38,908 bases of DNA from a virus (lineage: Duplodnaviria; Caudoviricetes), in the IMG/VR virus record IMGVR_UViG_3300020045_007321, positions 1 through 38,908 of that record, one strand, 5' to 3'. Shown in pieces: positions 36,115 to 38,908 of this stretch; position 1 is the first letter of the stretch; each line of letters starts with the position of its first letter. Both the position numbers and the translations under genes were made by a program. The notes below the pieces were generated by a model. The model made no database searches. It worked only from the letters and a program-made list of their open reading frames with translations, and was not told the origin of the DNA.

Positions 36115-36529
36115 TATTAAAAAACCAAATAGATTTGAATATACAAATCGAGTGATAAAAGTTTTTATAGATGAAAAACATGTTAAATCTTTTCCTTTAA
36201 TATTTACAGGGCTTGTTGATAAAATAGGTTTTGAGAAGATAAAATTAATGCCTAGTAAACGAAAATCTATTACACAAGATGATATAGTGTTTTTGGGTAT
36301 GAAAGTATATAAACAGCTATGCCTACCTTTTTTACATGAACTATTGAAAAATGAGAAATACGTTTACGAGCTTGTAGAGGATAAAGAAATTCTAGGCACC
36401 CGTAAAGTTGAAAGTAAGTATAATCCCAGATATGAAATGGTTTTTTATAATGGAGTAAAGTTGAAAGTAAGTATGTTGCTATACAAATTTTGTCCAAACA
36501 AATTACCTACCGTAAATCTAAATTACTAA
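36107..36529 (+). CDS. Hypothetical protein (140 aa)
   Basis: ORF track. Confidence 0.7.
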   Translation: MNDIKKPNRFEYTNRVIKVFIDEKHVKSFPLIFTGLVDKIGFEKIKLMPSKRKSITQDDIVFLGMKVYKQLCLPFLHELLKNEKYVYELVEDKEILGTRKVESKYNPRYEMVFYNGVKLKVSMLLYKFCPNKLPTVNLNY

Positions 36530-36834
36530 TGGCAAAGAAAAAGCAAGGTAATTTAATTGCTTCAGCAGTTACATTAATAGCATTGGAAAAAGAGATAGAG
36601 CCGGCCTATATTCAGGATATGAAAGTCTACAATAGTAACGGCTCTGTAAATAAAACTCTTTATATTGAGTGCGAGAATAACAGGTATAGATGTTATGAAA
36701 AAGAAACATATGGATTTGACTTAGAGGCCGCTATATCTGAGCGAGATAAATTAATGATTAGTAAAAGCGACCCTAAAAGACTAAAAGAACTTGTAGACAA
36801 ATTAAATTATTTTGAATATGGTGTTATCTCCTAG
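36529..36834 (+). CDS. Hypothetical protein (start reassigned to ATG 36529)
   Basis: TAATG coupling with the upstream stop. Confidence 0.7.
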   Translation: MAKKKQGNLIASAVTLIALEKEIEPAYIQDMKVYNSNGSVNKTLYIECENNRYRCYEKETYGFDLEAAISERDKLMISKSDPKRLKELVDKLNYFEYGVIS

Positions 36835-36994
36835 ATGTGGCTCTAAATTTATTGGAGGTGTAGAAGTGCCTATAAAGGCTAAAGTTTTAAAGGCTCCAAA
36901 CGGGAGGCAGTATTATATTAGTGCAATGGGCGAAAAGAAAACTCTAGTTAGATATATTGATAACGGAGAAATGGGAGTACTAACTAATTTGTAA
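36812..36994 (+). CDS. Hypothetical protein (~60 aa)
   Basis: ORF track. Confidence 0.6.
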   Translation: MNMVLSPRCGSKFIGGVEVPIKAKVLKAPNGRQYYISAMGEKKTLVRYIDNGEMGVLTNL

Positions 36995-37011
36995 AAATAA
37001 ATTATATTGTA

Positions 37012-37041
37012 TTGTGTATTTAAAATAATGCAGTATATTTG
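37012..37041 (+). promoter_or_regulatory. Repeated phage promoter P13
   Basis: TTGTGTA-N15-TATATTTG, followed immediately by an extra CTGTGTAA. Confidence 0.8.
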
Positions 37042-37062
37042 CTGTGTAATAAAAAATATAAA

Positions 37063-37251
37063 ATGAATAAAACCATCGAAAGAGGCCGTCCACCTTTGCA
37101 GGACAGGAAAACAATTAAAGAGATACGTTTCCAATTTGCTTGGAGTGCATATGATGTAGAGCGTTTTGGCAATAGGAAAACAATGATAGCAGCGATAAAA
37201 GATTTCGTAGCTAATTTTAACATAAAACCAGATAAAAAAAGTAAAAAATGA
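37063..37251 (+). CDS. Small basic putative DNA-binding protein (RGRPP motif)
   Basis: MNKTIERGRPPLQDRKTIKEIRFQFAWS...; ATG at 37063 after P13. Confidence 0.55.
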   Translation: MNKTIERGRPPLQDRKTIKEIRFQFAWSAYDVERFGNRKTMIAAIKDFVANFNIKPDKKSKK

Positions 37252-38003
37252 AAGCATTAATTACAGTAGCATTAGCTACACTATTTTTAACATCTTGTGG
37301 CAGCATAAAAAAACATTCAGAAGAGGAGCAGCATAAAAAAGAAATAGCCTCTTTAGAAGTCTTTAATACTAATTATAATGTAAAACAAACAATTGAGTTC
37401 GACACGTTAGTAAATGTTAAAGGAGGTTTTTATTTAGGCAGCATTGATTATAAATCTTTTATAGATGGTAAGCCGGTTATTACGGAGGACGGGCGGCAAA
37501 AAACAGAAACTCATTACGACAAAAAAAGCAATAGAATAATACAGGAGACTAAAATAAAAGATGCTCCTGTAAATATAAAGGCCAAAAAAGTTACCGAGTC
37601 TAATGTAAATACTAAAGGTACAAAGAAAGTAAAATATAAAGCCGATGATAAAAAGCAAGTCAAGGATAAAATAAAAGAATCTTTATATACTTCTGCTTAT
37701 ATTTTTGTGTTTATATTTTTGATTTTAATTGTTATCTTATATTTTATAATTAAAAATAAAAAAGCAAGTGCTTTATTAGGTATTTTTTATTTGCTAAGTT
37801 ATGCTTTAATAAGTTGTAGCCCTGATGAAAATAACCAAGATAAAGAATGCAACTGTAAAGAGGCTATATATAAAAATATATATACCGGAGTAGATAAGAT
37901 ATATAATAACGAGCCTGTTAATTGTGATACAGGACAACCTTATGAGTTATCTAAAGATAATGTTTTCGCCTACTCCTCCTGTCAAGGAAAACCAACATAT
38001 TAA
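37248..38003 (+). CDS. Spanin-like lipoprotein (N-terminal lipobox + TM helix) fused to a second lipoprotein-like domain
   Basis: LFLTS-C17; TM ~148-168; KNKK; second hydrophobic stretch ending ALIS-C190-SPDENN. Confidence 0.6.
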   Translation: MKALITVALATLFLTSCGSIKKHSEEEQHKKEIASLEVFNTNYNVKQTIEFDTLVNVKGGFYLGSIDYKSFIDGKPVITEDGRQKTETHYDKKSNRIIQETKIKDAPVNIKAKKVTESNVNTKGTKKVKYKADDKKQVKDKIKESLYTSAYIFVFIFLILIVILYFIIKNKKASALLGIFYLLSYALISCSPDENNQDKECNCKEAIYKNIYTGVDKIYNNEPVNCDTGQPYELSKDNVFAYSSCQGKPTY

Positions 38004-38021
38004 AATTTAACATTATTTATG

Positions 38022-38051
38022 TTGTGTAATTAAAATAAAGTAGTATCTTTG
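38022..38051 (+). promoter_or_regulatory. Repeated phage promoter P14
   Basis: TTGTGTA-N15-TATCTTTG. Confidence 0.8.
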
Positions 38052-38076
38052 CTAAACAATTAATCAAATAAAAATT

Positions 38077-38376
38077 ATGAGCAAGTTTAAAACCGAAGTA
38101 ATAACTCCTGACCAAATGTCAGGATATTGTAAGTACAGAAAATTAGTAGCTATAAAAGGCACTTTTAATCAGAATCATTTAGGGGTATTTATTTTAGCCC
38201 TTAAAAGAAATGATGTTAAGCCTAACGAAAAACACTTTAGCAAAGTAATAGATAGAGGTTCTAATTTCGGCTTATGGGTTAGCGAAGGAGATTTCAATAA
38301 TTACCAAATGACAGATGGTAAGCTAACAGCAGTGCCTACACCTGTAGAAGAGGAAACAAAAGATTATTTATATTAA
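38077..38376 (+). CDS. Hypothetical protein (99 aa)
   Basis: First ORF after P14. Confidence 0.7.
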   Translation: MSKFKTEVITPDQMSGYCKYRKLVAIKGTFNQNHLGVFILALKRNDVKPNEKHFSKVIDRGSNFGLWVSEGDFNNYQMTDGKLTAVPTPVEEETKDYLY

Positions 38377-38386
38377 AATTAATAAC

Positions 38387-38611
38387 ATGTCATTAATAAA
38401 AATTCCCACACATTTAGTCCCTTATGCGGGATGCCCATTTTACCTAACGCAGGGTAAAGAATATGAGATTACAAAAGTAATCCTTAGGCCGGATTCTATA
38501 AGGTCTGGTACTTATACTATAATTTGTGATTCAGGAGAGGAGTTAATAACCTCCCATAAGCAAAGCGCACATTTAAACGGTAAAAATTTCAAAGCAATTT
38601 ATAAAAAATAA
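38387..38611 (+). CDS. Hypothetical protein (74 aa)
   Basis: YLT.GKEY.I....Y.I..D.G pattern of small phage beta proteins. Confidence 0.7.
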   Translation: MSLIKIPTHLVPYAGCPFYLTQGKEYEITKVILRPDSIRSGTYTIICDSGEELITSHKQSAHLNGKNFKAIYKK

Positions 38612-38672
38612 CACGTAATGATTTGTTTATTAGATAAATAAACATTATCTTTACTCTTTAAAATTCATAAAA

Positions 38673-38908
38673 ATGAAAGATATATATTCAGTAGCAGAAA
38701 TAGATGCTCCACAGCCTAAACGTTATATTGTCACTACAAATTTAGTTCTTATAAAAGAACACCCAGAGAAAGCTATTAAAGCTATAGAGCCTAGCCAAAG
38801 ATGTTACGATGATACAGGAGTAACCGTAAACATCTATCAGGTTAGGACTTATACCGATGAAATATTGGCAGAGCTTAGAGCGGATTCCGTTAACGTAAAT
38901 TACGTAAT
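38673..38908 (+). CDS. 5' part of an ORF open to the window end (MKDIYSVAEID...)
   Basis: 78 sense codons plus a terminal AT, with no stop; in frame with 2..457 across the junction. Confidence 0.65.
   Translation, partial: MKDIYSVAEIDAPQPKRYIVTTNLVLIKEHPEKAIKAIEPSQRCYDDTGVTVNIYQVRTYTDEILAELRADSVNVNYV

Larger units (their letters stand above)
1..38908. mobile_element. Tailed bacteriophage genome (Caudoviricetes, siphovirus-like, Bacteroidota/Flavobacteriaceae-type host), probably complete
   Basis: Terminase, portal, capsid, tape measure, lysis and replication genes are all present with no host housekeeping genes. Promoters match the Bacteroidota TAnnTTTG consensus. An ORF reads in-frame across the end/start junction. 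Confidence 0.93.

Noticed and set aside
36490-36528. TTG-start extension of the 114-aa ORF
   Set aside because: ATG 36529 overlaps the upstream stop (TAATG) and is the more plausible start.
2505-37658. Short opposite-strand ORFs in the track (e.g. 2505, 2787, 5112, 6703, 9802, 10284, 12080, 13761, 14433, 16226, 19316, 21652, 22561, 29231, 32294, 36270, 36913, 37434)
   Set aside because: They are shadows of longer, motif-bearing genes on the other strand.
1-38908. Genome-wide TAG recoding as in some crAss-like phages
   Set aside because: All large genes are intact under code 11, several end in TAG next to the following start, and no suppressor tRNA was seen.
1-38908. Integrase, diversity-generating retroelement, tRNA or DNA polymerase
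   Set aside because: No tyrosine/serine recombinase, reverse transcriptase, template/variable repeat pair, cloverleaf or polymerase motifs were recognised by eye.

Overview
This window looks like an essentially complete, circularly permuted ~38.9 kb genome of an AT-rich tailed phage of a Bacteroidota host (Flavobacterium-like promoters TTG-N19-TAnnTTTG), with siphovirus-type tail genes. The last reading frame runs in-frame into base 1. Modules are: TerS (+); a ~7.7 kb run of small accessory genes (+); TerL and a few small genes (-); a minus-strand virion module in non-canonical order (Clp-type protease/scaffold, capsid, two paralogous tail-tube-like genes, portal, adaptor, SGNH-esterase fibre, holin/M15 endolysin, neck/tail genes, tape measure last); ERF/Gp157/SSB (-); and a divergent Cro-like HTH, replication initiator with iterons, primase-helicase, NinG and a spanin-like lipoprotein (+). 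I saw no integrase, DNA polymerase, tRNA or CRISPR array. The most striking unexplained structure is a family of at least 10 terminator/promoter elements (TTGTGTA-N15/16-TAT[A/C]TTTG) whose halves are shared in mosaic fashion. Two of these cassettes have near-identical flanks on both sides but unrelated cargo ORFs, and lie inverted around the 10.8 kb segment that holds TerL in the orientation opposite to TerS. A second highlight is an apparent spanin-lipoprotein polyprotein with two lipoboxes. All family assignments are by eye, without database searches.
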